This document shows positions 40,573-49,928 of a stretch of DNA of 64,000 nt, one piece after another. The stretch comes from Octopus vulgaris (taxonomy: Eukaryota). Under the pieces are notes generated by a model, which did no database searches, was not told where the DNA came from, and saw nothing but the letters and a program-made list of their open reading frames with translations. Numbering within the stretch: position 1 is the stretch's first letter; the number at the start of each line of letters is the position of its first letter. The translations under genes and the position numbers were made by a program. The stretch lies in contig OX597820.1 of assembly GCA_951406725.2 (NCBI GenBank), forward strand, positions 66,588,001 to 66,652,000, given 5' to 3'.

Positions 40573-42320
40573 GTGACAAGCTTCCACAAGTTTCCATCAA
40601 CCAAATTCATTCACTCATAAGGAATTGTCTGGCGCTGTAGTAGAAAACATGTGGCCAAGGTACACTTCACTGTGACTGAGCTTGATACCACATGGCCTCC
40701 TACGTGATCTTCTTAACCTCACAGCCGTACATACACCTACACACTCACACACACACACACACACATATATGCATCCCCCATCCCCCACCTGTGCACTCGT
40801 CCACCAAATTCTCCTAAATTCCTGGCTCTCTTGTCGCATCACTCTTGCCATGAAAAGTGCAGTCAACTAGTTATTTACCGATTGAAAATTGGTAACGAAA
40901 TGACATTATTCCTCAGAAATTACAGTAGAAAATGGCACTAAATCTGACAGCGAAAACTATTTCAACTTCTGCAAATATTGCTGATGTATCTAATTTCAAT
41001 GTAGCTGCTGCTGCTGCTGTTGTTATTGATAGTGGCAATGGTGCTGCTACTGCTGCTGCTGGCTGTCCTTTGTACGAAGCTCATAGAACTGTGCTCTGCA
41101 AAACTAGGTTCTGCTTACAGCAAAACTTGTTGACATATATTTGTAAAAAATATGTGTTTAAATCTATGTGTGAGTGGGTGTGTATGAGAGAAAGAGAATG
41201 TGTGTGTGTGCATACATATGTGTTTTTCTATCCGTATATGTGTGTGTTTTTGTGTGTATATATATATATATGTATATTATATCTGTTTCTATATATATAT
41301 ATATATATATATATGTTTGTATGTATATTTCTATGTGTATCTATATATATGTGTGTGTGTGTGTGTATGTTTGAGTTCATATATGTGTACATATGCACGT
41401 GTATATACATGTAAGTATATATATATACATATATTTGTGTTTGTGTATGTATGTGTGTATATATATAAATATATGTGTGTATATTTGGTAATCACTGGTT
41501 TTACATTGTCGTCAACCAAGCCATTTGGTGATAAAGTCAGTCATACTAATTAGACCACCTGTAATGATGGTCTTCCAATATTGTTAATGAGTACAAATTA
41601 GCAGCTTAGTTGGAGATCCTCATTAACGAAAATCTCCTATGTTCCCTGGATTAACACACACACACTTACACATATAAAGACATGTACTTGCATCCAAGAC
41701 ATTCGTATGAAGCAGGTAGTTCACTATGTTATTATGCAGTTTAGTACAGCTGTGAATCACCACCTTTGAGGATATGTACCCTACTGTATTTCATACTCCT
41801 CGTCACATCTGTACATCATCATCATCGTTATCATCATCATTGTTATCGTCACCGTCGTCATCATCATTGTCATTGCTGTCAACATTATCGTCATCACCAT
41901 CACCGTTATCATCATCACCATTATCATCGTCATCACCGTCATCATCAGCATCATCACTATCATCATCATCATCATCATCATCATCATCGTTATCATCATA
42001 ACCATCTGCATCATCATCATCATCATCACGATCAGCGTTGACATTTACTGTCCACTCTTCCATGCTTGCATGTGTCTGGTGGATGGTGGACTCCCCCCAC
42101 CTGTTTCCAAGCAATGTAATACTTATTAGATAAGTTCTTTTTCTACAGAAGCCTAGAAACAGAACAACAAATGACATCGCTCGTATAACATTGATGTGTG
42201 TTTACAACCATCATGTGATGTGAAAACAAGAGCGCGCACACTCATACACACATGTATATACGACAAGCTGCTTTTCATAAAGACACACAGACATGCACAC
42301 ACACACACATATATATATAT

Positions 42321-42538
42321 GTGGCGAGCTGGCAGAGACGGGCGAAGTGCTTCGCGGTATTTCGCCCGTCACTACGTTCTGAGTTCATATTCCGCCGAGG
42401 TCGACTTTGCCTTTCATCCTTTCGGGGTCGATAAATTAAGTACCAGTTACGCACTGGGGTTGATGTAATCGACTTAATCCGTGTGTCTGTCCTTGTTTGT
42501 CCCCTCTATGTTTATCCCCTTGTGGGTAGTAAAGAAAC
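42321..42538 (+). mobile_element. Young SINE family A variant
   Basis: GGCGAGCTGGCAGA...GACTTTGCCTTTCATCCTTTCGGGGTCGATAAATTAAGTACCAG, in a (TA)n context. Confidence 0.85.
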
Positions 42539-42591
<53 letters not shown>

Positions 42592-42596
42592 CATAT

Positions 42597-42740
42597 ACAA
42601 CAGGCTTCTTTCAGTTTCCGTTTACCCAAGCAGTCTGAGGTTATAATAGAAGATACTTACTCAAGGTGCCATGCAGTGGGACTGAACCCAGAACCATGTG
42701 GTTAGGAAGCACGGTTCTTCTCACACAGCCACCCCTGCCC
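42597..42740 (-). mobile_element. SINE family B 5' part
   Basis: CAAGGTGCCATGCAGTGGGACTGAACCCAGAACCATGTGG. Confidence 0.7.
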
Positions 42741-43090
42741 CTATATGTGGGACATGCACAGGCTAGTGTTATAATAGCCAGTCGGTTTGTTTAGATCTGG
42801 CCGCAGTTTCTTAATAACGAGGGTCTCTTTAATTCGAAGAGTGAATATATATACATGTGTGTATATACGTATGTGTATATAAGCATGCACATTAGCACAT
42901 TCAAACCCAGTGGATGCCTTTGAGTGTAGATATCCGTAGCCAGTTTATATAAAGTCTACTTAGATCCTTCTATGTGACGTTTTGTCAGTTTCTATCTTGA
43001 TGTGCACATGCCTACATGCAATCACGCACACACACACACACACACATACACACACAATGTTAGTATATATGTGTGTGTGTGTGTACCTGT

Positions 43091-43125
<35 letters not shown>

Positions 43126-43794
43126 AGGAGAGAGATCGATAGATTCTAAAGATATGTGTAATATAATTATAAATATATGCATGTATACATGTGGTATAAA
43201 TATAAATGTATTTATTTCTGTATAAAGTGTATCTTTATATATTGTGTACCTATATATTTACTGATACATATGCATACACTACAAAATATACACACAAATG
43301 TATACACACTCACATTCCAAATCTATTCATTTTCTCTCAATAATCTAATTAAATTCTATTTATAGTCTAACCATCTTATTTCAATTAATGTCACCTGTTT
43401 TTTGTACTGCTTTTCTATAGTTCTTTCTTCACATTTTCTCATTTAAGCTTAATGTAAACTCTATGTCTGTATATACGTATGTATGTATGTACGTATATGT
43501 CTGTATGTATGTGTGTAGGTATGTCTGTCTCTGTATTTATCTGCATATGTATTTGTGTGTGTGTGTATGTGTGTTTGCGTTTTATGCAATATGTATATCA
43601 CATGTGCTTCTGGTAGTAAAGCCTAATGGTAGAAGCCATGATGTTGGATCTAGTTGAGTTTGTTCCGGTGGAGCTACACATTGTGCTTGAGGTTTTTTTT
43701 TTCTTTTCTTCTCTGTTGAAAGGGATAAAACTGGCATGGCCCTATGGGTTGGTTCTCTACTCATACATCAAATCATTCCAGTGACTATGATATA

Positions 43795-44803
43795 TCTATA
43801 CTTAGAGTTTGCATCACCAATCTGGAACCTCTCTCTTGCTCAGCATATCGATCTTCTGGAAACTCTTCAGAAATGTGCAACCAGATGAATGAAAGAGTCC
43901 AGAAGCTGGCTACCTGCATGGTTCTTGGTCTCAAGCATTTGTCTTATGAAGAAAGGCTGAAGATGCTCGACCTTTATTCTCTCGAAAAGCAATGCCGCCG
44001 TGGTGATCACATTCTCGCTCACAACATCATAAGCGGAAAGAGTAACCTCTTGAAAGAGCTGTTCTTCACTCCTGCTCTAGAGCATGGGCTGCGGGGTCAC
44101 TCTGAAAAGCTCTATCTACGACAATTTCATCTCAATCGAAGGAGAGGGGCTTTCTCCGTCCGGGTTGTGGATCCGTGGAATAAGCTGCTGGATGAGATAG
44201 TGAAGATGCCGACGACCGCTCGGTTCAAAGTCTCTCTTGACCAGAAATGGCCTGAACTCTTTGTATGACCACCCTCCCTCTACATAACTCCCTATCCCCC
44301 TACATGGCCTTGCTTTTGCTTTTTGAGGCAATAAAAATTGAATTGAATTGAATACCTTCGATCAGACATCTATCATACTCTAAACGTCTTGCTTCTCTGG
44401 GTATGGACAGATTAAAGCTCTGAAATCTAACAACTGGCTTCATAGACACTCACAAGATCATCCACCATCTTCCAACAACAACCTTGAGCACCTTTTTGAA
44501 TTTATACATCTAACACTCATGGACATGCTTACAAAATCAAAAAAGAACACAGCACTCATGGCTTTTGGAGATTTTTTTTATGTTCAGATTTGCTGCAGCA
44601 TGGACTAAACTACCCACATCAATTGGTAGCTGCCGAGAAACTGCAGTGCTTCGCAATATTTCTCAACAGTGCACCTGACTCTTCACACCTTGTTTTAAAA
44701 TGACTCATTCACTGTTCACTTCCTTTGTACTGCTCAAGCAGTTTTGTTTGCTTTTTCTGAAGAGTTGTAGTACACCTGAGCATTGTATACAATAAGTTCA
44801 TTA
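43795..44803 (+). mobile_element. CR1/L2-group LINE 3' fragment (outer element), split by a second LINE
   Basis: 43802-43890 reads LEFASPIWNLSLAQHIDLLETLQKCATR*I and resumes in frame at 44354 as PSIRHLSYSKRLASLGMDRLKL. Its 3' end AGTTGTAGTACACCTGAGCATTGTATACAAT matches the copy near 20755. Confidence 0.75.
43891..44353 (+). mobile_element. CR1-group LINE 5'-truncated copy (inner element)
   Basis: ERVQKLAT-MV-GLKHLSYEERLKMLDLYSLE-RRGD-RGHSEKL-AFSVRVVDPWNKL is the typical CR1 ORF2 C-terminus; ends AATAAA plus an (ATTGA)n tail. Confidence 0.85.
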
Positions 44804-44820
44804 TATATATATACTAGCAG

Positions 44821-44845
44821 CATAGCCCGGCGTTGCCCGGGTATG
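44821..44845 (-). terminator. Helitron 3' subterminal hairpin (rolling-circle termination signal)
   Basis: CATAGCCCGG-CGTTGC-CCGGGTATG inverted repeat with one bulge, a few bases from the terminal CTAG (44814-44817). Confidence 0.85.
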
Positions 44846-44935
44846 TAAGAGCCCCTAGTAGGCAACGACTAATCCCAATGTAGTCCTTTCTCTCCAGGGA
44901 ACGAAGGTGCATGTGGACGTTGCAATGTCTTGTCT

Positions 44936-46720
44936 TCACTGGAATACTTCTGTATATACGGTGTTCCTAGCTGTCCGTTTGGGCGAAAACATGAAAACAT
45001 CATTGCGCCTCCCAACGCGTGAACAGCCCACGTAGAGTTGACCGTGGGCGAAGCACTGTTCGCCCAAATGTAACCCAGCGACTTGTAGCGTTTGGCCTTG
45101 GGATTTATTGATGGACATTGCGAAGCAGAGTTTAACAGGAAACTGAGAACGCCTGAAGTGGATTGGTAGGTCAGCGCCCGACGGTTGAAGGTGCATCCGT
45201 GGAATGAAGACGTCCTCTCCCTTCCCACAACCGGTAAGTATTGTGGCCGTTATTAAATGTGGTGCCAAATGTTTCACAACCAAACGTGTGCCGTTGCACT
45301 GTTTAGGTGGAACCAAATTCCTGATGAGCATAATGGGCGCACCGACTTTTAACTTCAGGATGTGTGGTGGCAGGCCTGGCGGTTCAAGTGAATTCAGGAA
45401 TTCAACAGGATAATCGGCAAGCTGGGCGGGGTCTGCTGTCCTATCTATAGATTTGTAGATGTGGACATCACCAGGAATAGCTTCAAGTAGCTGGATATTG
45501 ATGGAGTTGACGGTTGTATTTTTGGGTGCAAGAATAGCTCTGCCTGCCAGCCATTTTAGGTCGCGTAAATTGTTTTGTAGGTCGTGGAAGACAGCGTCCC
45601 GGAGGCTAGTAGGGGTGTCGACAATGGTGCAAAGTGAGTCCAATTGAACGTAGCCATCCGCATCAGACAGCATCCTATTTTCACCGAGCGATAAGAGGTC
45701 CCTGGAGAATGCAGCAGATCCGCTGTCACCAATTAACTGCGCGCACATGTTAGTTTGGAGGTGCAAGGGCCGCACATGTGCCCAAAGAGCTGACGACTTA
45801 AGGCACGCGCGCACGGCATCGGCACGGGTTCCTTTTGGAATAACAGGTAGAGTCTGCCTGAAGTCTCCTGAAAGAAGTAAAGTTAATCCTCCCATGGGGG
45901 CCGTAGAGTCTCTGATGTCTTGCAGGGACCTGTCCAGTGCCTCAAGGGCGCCTTTGTGTGCCATAGTGCACTCGTCCCATACGATGAGTTTGCATCTGCG
46001 CAGAATGTCGGCCTGTTCTGAGTTCTTGGCGATGTTGCAGATAGGTGACTCGGACTTTGCCAGATCGAGCGGGAGTCTGAAGGCAGAGTGGGCGGTTCTG
46101 CCACCCGGAAGCAACGTGGCCGCGATACCAGAGGAAGCTACAGCCAGGGCAATGTCCGTGTTGCGTCTGACCTCTGCCAGAATTAGTTTAGTGACGAAGG
46201 TTTTGCCAGTGCCGCCGGGTGCATCAAGGAAGAAAATCCCCCCACGTTGCTGTCTGACAGAGTCTACGATGGTGTTGTAGGCTATGCGCTGGTCTGGAAG
46301 CAGCCGTGGTTCATTATCTTGGACGTACTGGTGCAGTTCCTCAATGCAGTAGGAAGTTTCGCGTAACAATTCAGCAGACATAACATTGGCGTGTTCACGT
46401 GTGGGTGGTGGAAGGCCGTACTCTGTTAAAGCAGACCCACCCATATCGATGACAGCGTCTTCGAGTTGAATGAGCGCAAAATTGTAAATGAAGTTGGTGA
46501 ACGTGATCTCGGCGGAAGGGCAGTGTTGCTGAGCCGTACGTAAGAAGTCGTGCGACATGTCATCCCTGTATTTCATCCAGAGACTTAGTGGATCACTAAG
46601 CTGACATTTTTGAAGAAGGATTGCGAAAAGATGTCGTAGGGCCGAATGCGTTTGCAGTAAAGCACCCTCTGCCATCGTGGCGTCCCACTGGGAGTCATCC
46701 TCTAGAAGGCCAAGTCTCAT
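44936..46720 (-). CDS. RepHel C-terminal Pif1-family (SF1B) DNA helicase segment
   Basis: FLDAPGGTGKTF (Walker A), ASSGIAATLLPGGRTAHS, IVWDECTM (Walker B), GDFRQTLPV, RAILAPKN, LKVGAPIMLIRNL, CNGTR, QFPVKLCFAMSINKSQGQT, HGQLYVGCSRV. Confidence 0.9.
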   Translation of the reverse strand: MRLGLLEDDSQWDATMAEGALLQTHSALRHLFAILLQKCQLSDPLSLWMKYRDDMSHDFLRTAQQHCPSAEITFTNFIYNFALIQLEDAVIDMGGSALTEYGLPPPTREHANVMSAELLRETSYCIEELHQYVQDNEPRLLPDQRIAYNTIVDSVRQQRGGIFFLDAPGGTGKTFVTKLILAEVRRNTDIALAVASSGIAATLLPGGRTAHSAFRLPLDLAKSESPICNIAKNSEQADILRRCKLIVWDECTMAHKGALEALDRSLQDIRDSTAPMGGLTLLLSGDFRQTLPVIPKGTRADAVRACLKSSALWAHVRPLHLQTNMCAQLIGDSGSAAFSRDLLSLGENRMLSDADGYVQLDSLCTIVDTPTSLRDAVFHDLQNNLRDLKWLAGRAILAPKNTTVNSINIQLLEAIPGDVHIYKSIDRTADPAQLADYPVEFLNSLEPPGLPPHILKLKVGAPIMLIRNLVPPKQCNGTRLVVKHLAPHLITATILTGCGKGEDVFIPRMHLQPSGADLPIHFRRSQFPVKLCFAMSINKSQGQTLQVAGLHLGEQCFAHGQLYVGCSRVGRRNDVFMFSPKRTARNTVYTEVFQ

Positions 46721-46741
46721 ACATGCTTCCCTGAAGGTGTC

Positions 46742-46954
46742 TCACAGAACCCCATTGACGGTACGTATATTGGCGAAACCTGTTGGACCAGTGACCTCAT
46801 GTAGAAGGAGACGGAGGTAGAAGCATTCTTGCTTGTTTGGCGGGATGTTGTAAACTCGACCCAGGCAGGAGTCAAACTTGACGCCTGGGAAGCTTTCGAC
46901 GTTTTTGCCGGATTTCCGTCGAACCCAGGTGTTTTTAGACCACACGAAGTACGA
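46742..46954 (-). pseudogene. RepHel linker segment between Rep and helicase
   Basis: SYFVW...LGRVYNIPP...ECFYLRLLLHEVTGPTGFANIRTVNG matches the conserved Helitron GR-Y-P-E-YLR-LL-V-GP-F block. Confidence 0.85.
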
Positions 46955-47390
46955 GTGGGACCTGTGGGTACAAAAGCGTTCGAGCGAAGTCATCACGTTG
47001 GCATAATTTGAAGAAACCAGTCAACGTTGTGTCTTTAGGGCTGGTGGCTATCTGCACAGCACTTTGCTCTGTGAAGTAAATCCGCTGTCCATTTTCCAAG
47101 TGTACAGCAAGCTGCACCACAGCCGGGTGTCTCTGATGGAGCGGGAAGCCGTAAATGCGCCAAAACGCTTCGTTGCTGCTGAGGTACCGGCCAGCCAAGT
47201 AGTTGGACACTTTGTCGCGACTGGTGGTCCTCTGGATGCTGAACATGGCAGCATCGCTGCCTTTGTTGATATATTTGCAGACATATTGTATTGACCTGAT
47301 GGAGCTGCAGAACTCAACGTTGACGTGGGCTTTGAATATCTTCAACAGGAGAGGACAGTAGAGGACAATGTAGCTGTTGTCCACTTGATG
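46955..47390 (-). pseudogene. RepHel segment carrying the catalytic two-tyrosine motif
   Basis: AHVNVEFCSSIRSIQYVCKYINKGSD (YxxKY at 47271-47285), RYLSSNEAFWRI, LAVHLENGQ, TTLTGFF, LLYPQVP. In frame with the upstream segment across a TGA. Confidence 0.85.
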
Positions 47391-49808
47391 TCACCCAACC
47401 GTAATCGTGCGGCCTCCATTGGCTGGACTCCTTCGTTTGTACAGCGGATACCCATCGCCGCCTGTTTGAGTCTCCAAAGTGAACCGTTTAGGGAATCCCT
47501 TTGAGCAGGCTAATCCGTTTTTGTAGCATGGTGTGTTGGCGTAATTTGGTCCACAGGGCCCGTGTACCATGGTAGTGCGGACAATTTCGTAGAGTCCGGG
47601 GTCCTCATCGGGGTCAGGAATCTCGGTGGAAATGAATTTGTCAATGTCATTAGTCTCGATTTTATGAGTGAGCCAAATTAAGATGTGAGCATGTGGCAAG
47701 CCCCTCTTTTGCCACTCGACCGAAAACATGTGGCACCTGACATGCCCTAAAATCTGACCCTTAACTATCAAATCCTTCATTTTGCCCAAATTCAGACGGA
47801 AAACCCTAGCAACGATGTCGTGTCGATGGGTGTGAGATTGACCCGGGAGGAGTTCGCGAGTGATTTCGTCGCAGCTGGGATTGCACGTGTAGGTGATAAA
47901 GAGGTCCGGCCGGCCGTAAATGTGCACGTAGGTCAAGGCGTCTTGGGTCCTTTCACGCATATATCGCGGTCCTCCCGTGAAGGTGGAGGGTAGAATGCAT
48001 GGCTTGCCGATGTTGCGAGGGTCATTTTCTTGTTGCAAACCGTCACGGAGATGAATGTAGGAGTCGGAGCGAAGTTTGGTCTGATTAAGTTTAATGTATA
48101 GCAGCCTTTCCGATTCCATTTTTGCGGCCATGTCGACGGCGAACTGGTTGAATAGCTGACGACAACGGGGTAATAAGTTGAACTCACCCTCCCTGACCAT
48201 GAACCGGTATGAGTAGAACGCCCTGCAGGAAACCGTCTTTGATGCCGCAGTAGTTTGATTGGAGGGCTGCCGTAAAGGAATTCCGAAATGGTAGCCGTCT
48301 TCCCCATAAGGGAAAAGCAATGGATACTGAAGCGCGTCATAAGATCTGTGAGTCTCGCTAATCCTGTGTAGGTTGTTACCACGGGAGGAGATGATTATGT
48401 CACGGCTGTTGTGTTGCTCTCCGTGTATGACTGCGGCAATTTCGTTGCACGCAGGTGCGTTGAAACGGCGTTCGTGCTCCCCGTGGGGTCGTTTATCAGC
48501 ATCAATGACAACGGTGAAGTTTGGAGATGGAGCACTGTCCAAGGCATATCTGAAGCTGCAGACATAGCTGTTGATATCATGAAGCATGGTTTGGAGATGG
48601 AGAAGAATGTCTTTGCGGGGAACATAGCTTGTACCCGGTATTATTCCAAGGCGTGCATCAACCTGGTGGTTGTAGTCGGCAATGAAGTATATTTGGAGGA
48701 AAGAAGACTGCTGAATCTCGTCTGGCAGAAGTGACCCAATAAGATGGTAGACCTGTCCCTGCACTTTGAAAGTAGGCATCCAGCCTTCTCTGGGAGGAAT
48801 TTTGGCCCCGAAAGAGGTCATTTGGAATGAGCAGTTGTACTTTCGAATTATTTCAAGGAATTGTGACGAATCGGGGGTTAAACCCGCCGCGAGATCCTTC
48901 AGTGGTTGAGGTGGTTCCCGTAGGGGTGGCAGGTCCACTTTGCCACCAGAGCAGCACAAACCAGGTGGCTCTCCGGGCCATTTCTTGGCTTTGCAAAACT
49001 GGCATACAATTGTCATTGACCCTATCTTGATGTCGTCACGCAAGGAGAAGTTAATTGTGGCGTCGTAGTTGAATGCTAGTGACAACCAGAAAGCGGGGGC
49101 AGGGGTACGTACACCACGAATGATATCCCGACGTTTGTTGATACTCTCAAGTCGAGTGCACCGTGCCTCAGCAGATTCAGATGCACGTGCGACAGCGGCA
49201 GCAGTGGCATCCCTTGAAAGCCTTTCAGCTCTCGCCTCAGCACCCTCTGAAGCCCTAGCAGAAGCAGTGTTAATGGCATGTCTGGATGTCCGAATAGTCC
49301 GTTGGTGTGGAGTTTCGGCAGATCGAGCCCTGGCTGTGTTTGCGGCGTTAGCAGCTTGGCGAGCTCTCCTCTGTTGAGGTGTTTCGGCAGCTTTGGCCAT
49401 GGCATTGTTTGCGGCGTCAGCATCTTGGCGAGTTCTCCTCTGCTGTGAGGTTTCGACAGATCGTGTCCTGGCGGTGCTAGTGGCGTTAGCCACATTCCGA
49501 ATGGCCCTTTGTTCGGGGTTCTCGCGAGCTCTGCGGATGGAAGCACAGTAAGAAGCCCGCATATTTTGGCTGGACTGTTGCTCTTTCGTCAACCTCGAGC
49601 GGAGGGAAGATCTGTACGCTGCGACCCTTGCAAGTCGGGTAGAACGGTCGCTAATAGTTTCAGATGCCTGAGCAGCGGCATAACGGGAAGCTGTTTGCGA
49701 GAGGCGCAAGGCGGTTTCCTCGTGGGTCTCGCGTGCCCTTCTAGCTCTAGCAGCCGATGCCTTGGCCGTCCGAGGGCTGAGGAGGGTCCTTCTCTTCTTG
49801 GGTGGCAT
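47391..49808 (-). CDS. RepHel N-terminal open segment: 23-aa repeats, Zn-finger and HUH Rep endonuclease motifs 1-2
   Basis: CQFCKAKKWPGEPPGLCCSGG Zn-finger, FQMTSFG, FKVQGQVYH, YDALQYPLLFPYGEDG, ILPSTFTGGPRYM, PDLFITYTCNP, VEWQKRGLPHAHILIW (HUH at 47685-47693), MVHGPCG. The track start at 50099 is a non-ATG extension; the likely start is 49808. Confidence 0.85.
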   Translation of the reverse strand: MPPKKRRTLLSPRTAKASAARARRARETHEETALRLSQTASRYAAAQASETISDRSTRLARVAAYRSSLRSRLTKEQQSSQNMRASYCASIRRARENPEQRAIRNVANATSTARTRSVETSQQRRTRQDADAANNAMAKAAETPQQRRARQAANAANTARARSAETPHQRTIRTSRHAINTASARASEGAEARAERLSRDATAAAVARASESAEARCTRLESINKRRDIIRGVRTPAPAFWLSLAFNYDATINFSLRDDIKIGSMTIVCQFCKAKKWPGEPPGLCCSGGKVDLPPLREPPQPLKDLAAGLTPDSSQFLEIIRKYNCSFQMTSFGAKIPPREGWMPTFKVQGQVYHLIGSLLPDEIQQSSFLQIYFIADYNHQVDARLGIIPGTSYVPRKDILLHLQTMLHDINSYVCSFRYALDSAPSPNFTVVIDADKRPHGEHERRFNAPACNEIAAVIHGEQHNSRDIIISSRGNNLHRISETHRSYDALQYPLLFPYGEDGYHFGIPLRQPSNQTTAASKTVSCRAFYSYRFMVREGEFNLLPRCRQLFNQFAVDMAAKMESERLLYIKLNQTKLRSDSYIHLRDGLQQENDPRNIGKPCILPSTFTGGPRYMRERTQDALTYVHIYGRPDLFITYTCNPSCDEITRELLPGQSHTHRHDIVARVFRLNLGKMKDLIVKGQILGHVRCHMFSVEWQKRGLPHAHILIWLTHKIETNDIDKFISTEIPDPDEDPGLYEIVRTTMVHGPCGPNYANTPCYKNGLACSKGFPKRFTLETQTGGDGYPLYKRRSPANGGRTITVG
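49110..49730 (-). repeat. Nine tandem 23-aa (69-bp) STPR-like repeats in the RepHel N-terminus
   Basis: Units start ETHEE, ETISD, LTKEQ, ENPEQ, ETSQQ, ETPQQ, ETPHQ, EGAEA, ESAEA, each exactly 23 residues with an E(T/S)xxQRxxR pattern. Confidence 0.85.
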
Positions 49809-49928
49809 TTTGGTGGATAGCAATGTGTTTGGCAAAGGTGTAATAAAAAGGAACACGTGGGGTAAGTATTTTGGTGGATAGCAATGTGTTTGGTAAAGGT
49901 GTAATAAAAAGGAACACGTGGGGTAAGT
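49807..49928. repeat. 61-bp tandem duplication immediately upstream of the RepHel ATG
   Basis: ATTTTGGTGGATAGCAATGTGTTTGG(C/T)AAAGGTGTAATAAAAAGGAACACGTGGGGTAAGT twice, one mismatch. Confidence 0.9.

Larger units (their letters stand above)
44936..49808 (-). pseudogene. Helitron RepHel transposase, ~1,620 codons, disrupted by TGA at 47391-47393, a +1 frameshift near 46955 and TGA at 46742-46744
   Basis: Four track ORFs join into one RepHel: MPPKKRR start (ATG 49808), ITVG*HQVDNSY (same frame), YPQVP/SYFVW (one extra base), VNGVL*DTFREAC (same frame), ending NTVYTEVFQ*. Confidence 0.92.

Noticed and set aside
487-43657. Well over a hundred short ORFs rich in YI, HT, CV, LS, poly-I, poly-H or poly-S
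   Set aside because: Translations of di- and trinucleotide microsatellites that lack stops by construction; no domain motifs.
44936-46720. Host PIF1 helicase gene
   Set aside because: Intronless, continuous with an HUH Rep domain and enclosed by Helitron termini.
46742-47393. Rescue of the two TGA codons by A-to-I editing (UGA read as Trp), selenocysteine or readthrough
   Set aside because: A frameshift lies between them, no SECIS-like or editing structure was identified, and single substitutions (e.g. CGA or TGY to TGA) explain them simply.
45204-49820. Antisense and alternative-frame ORFs overlapping RepHel
   Set aside because: Expected shadows of a GC-balanced coding region; no independent motifs.
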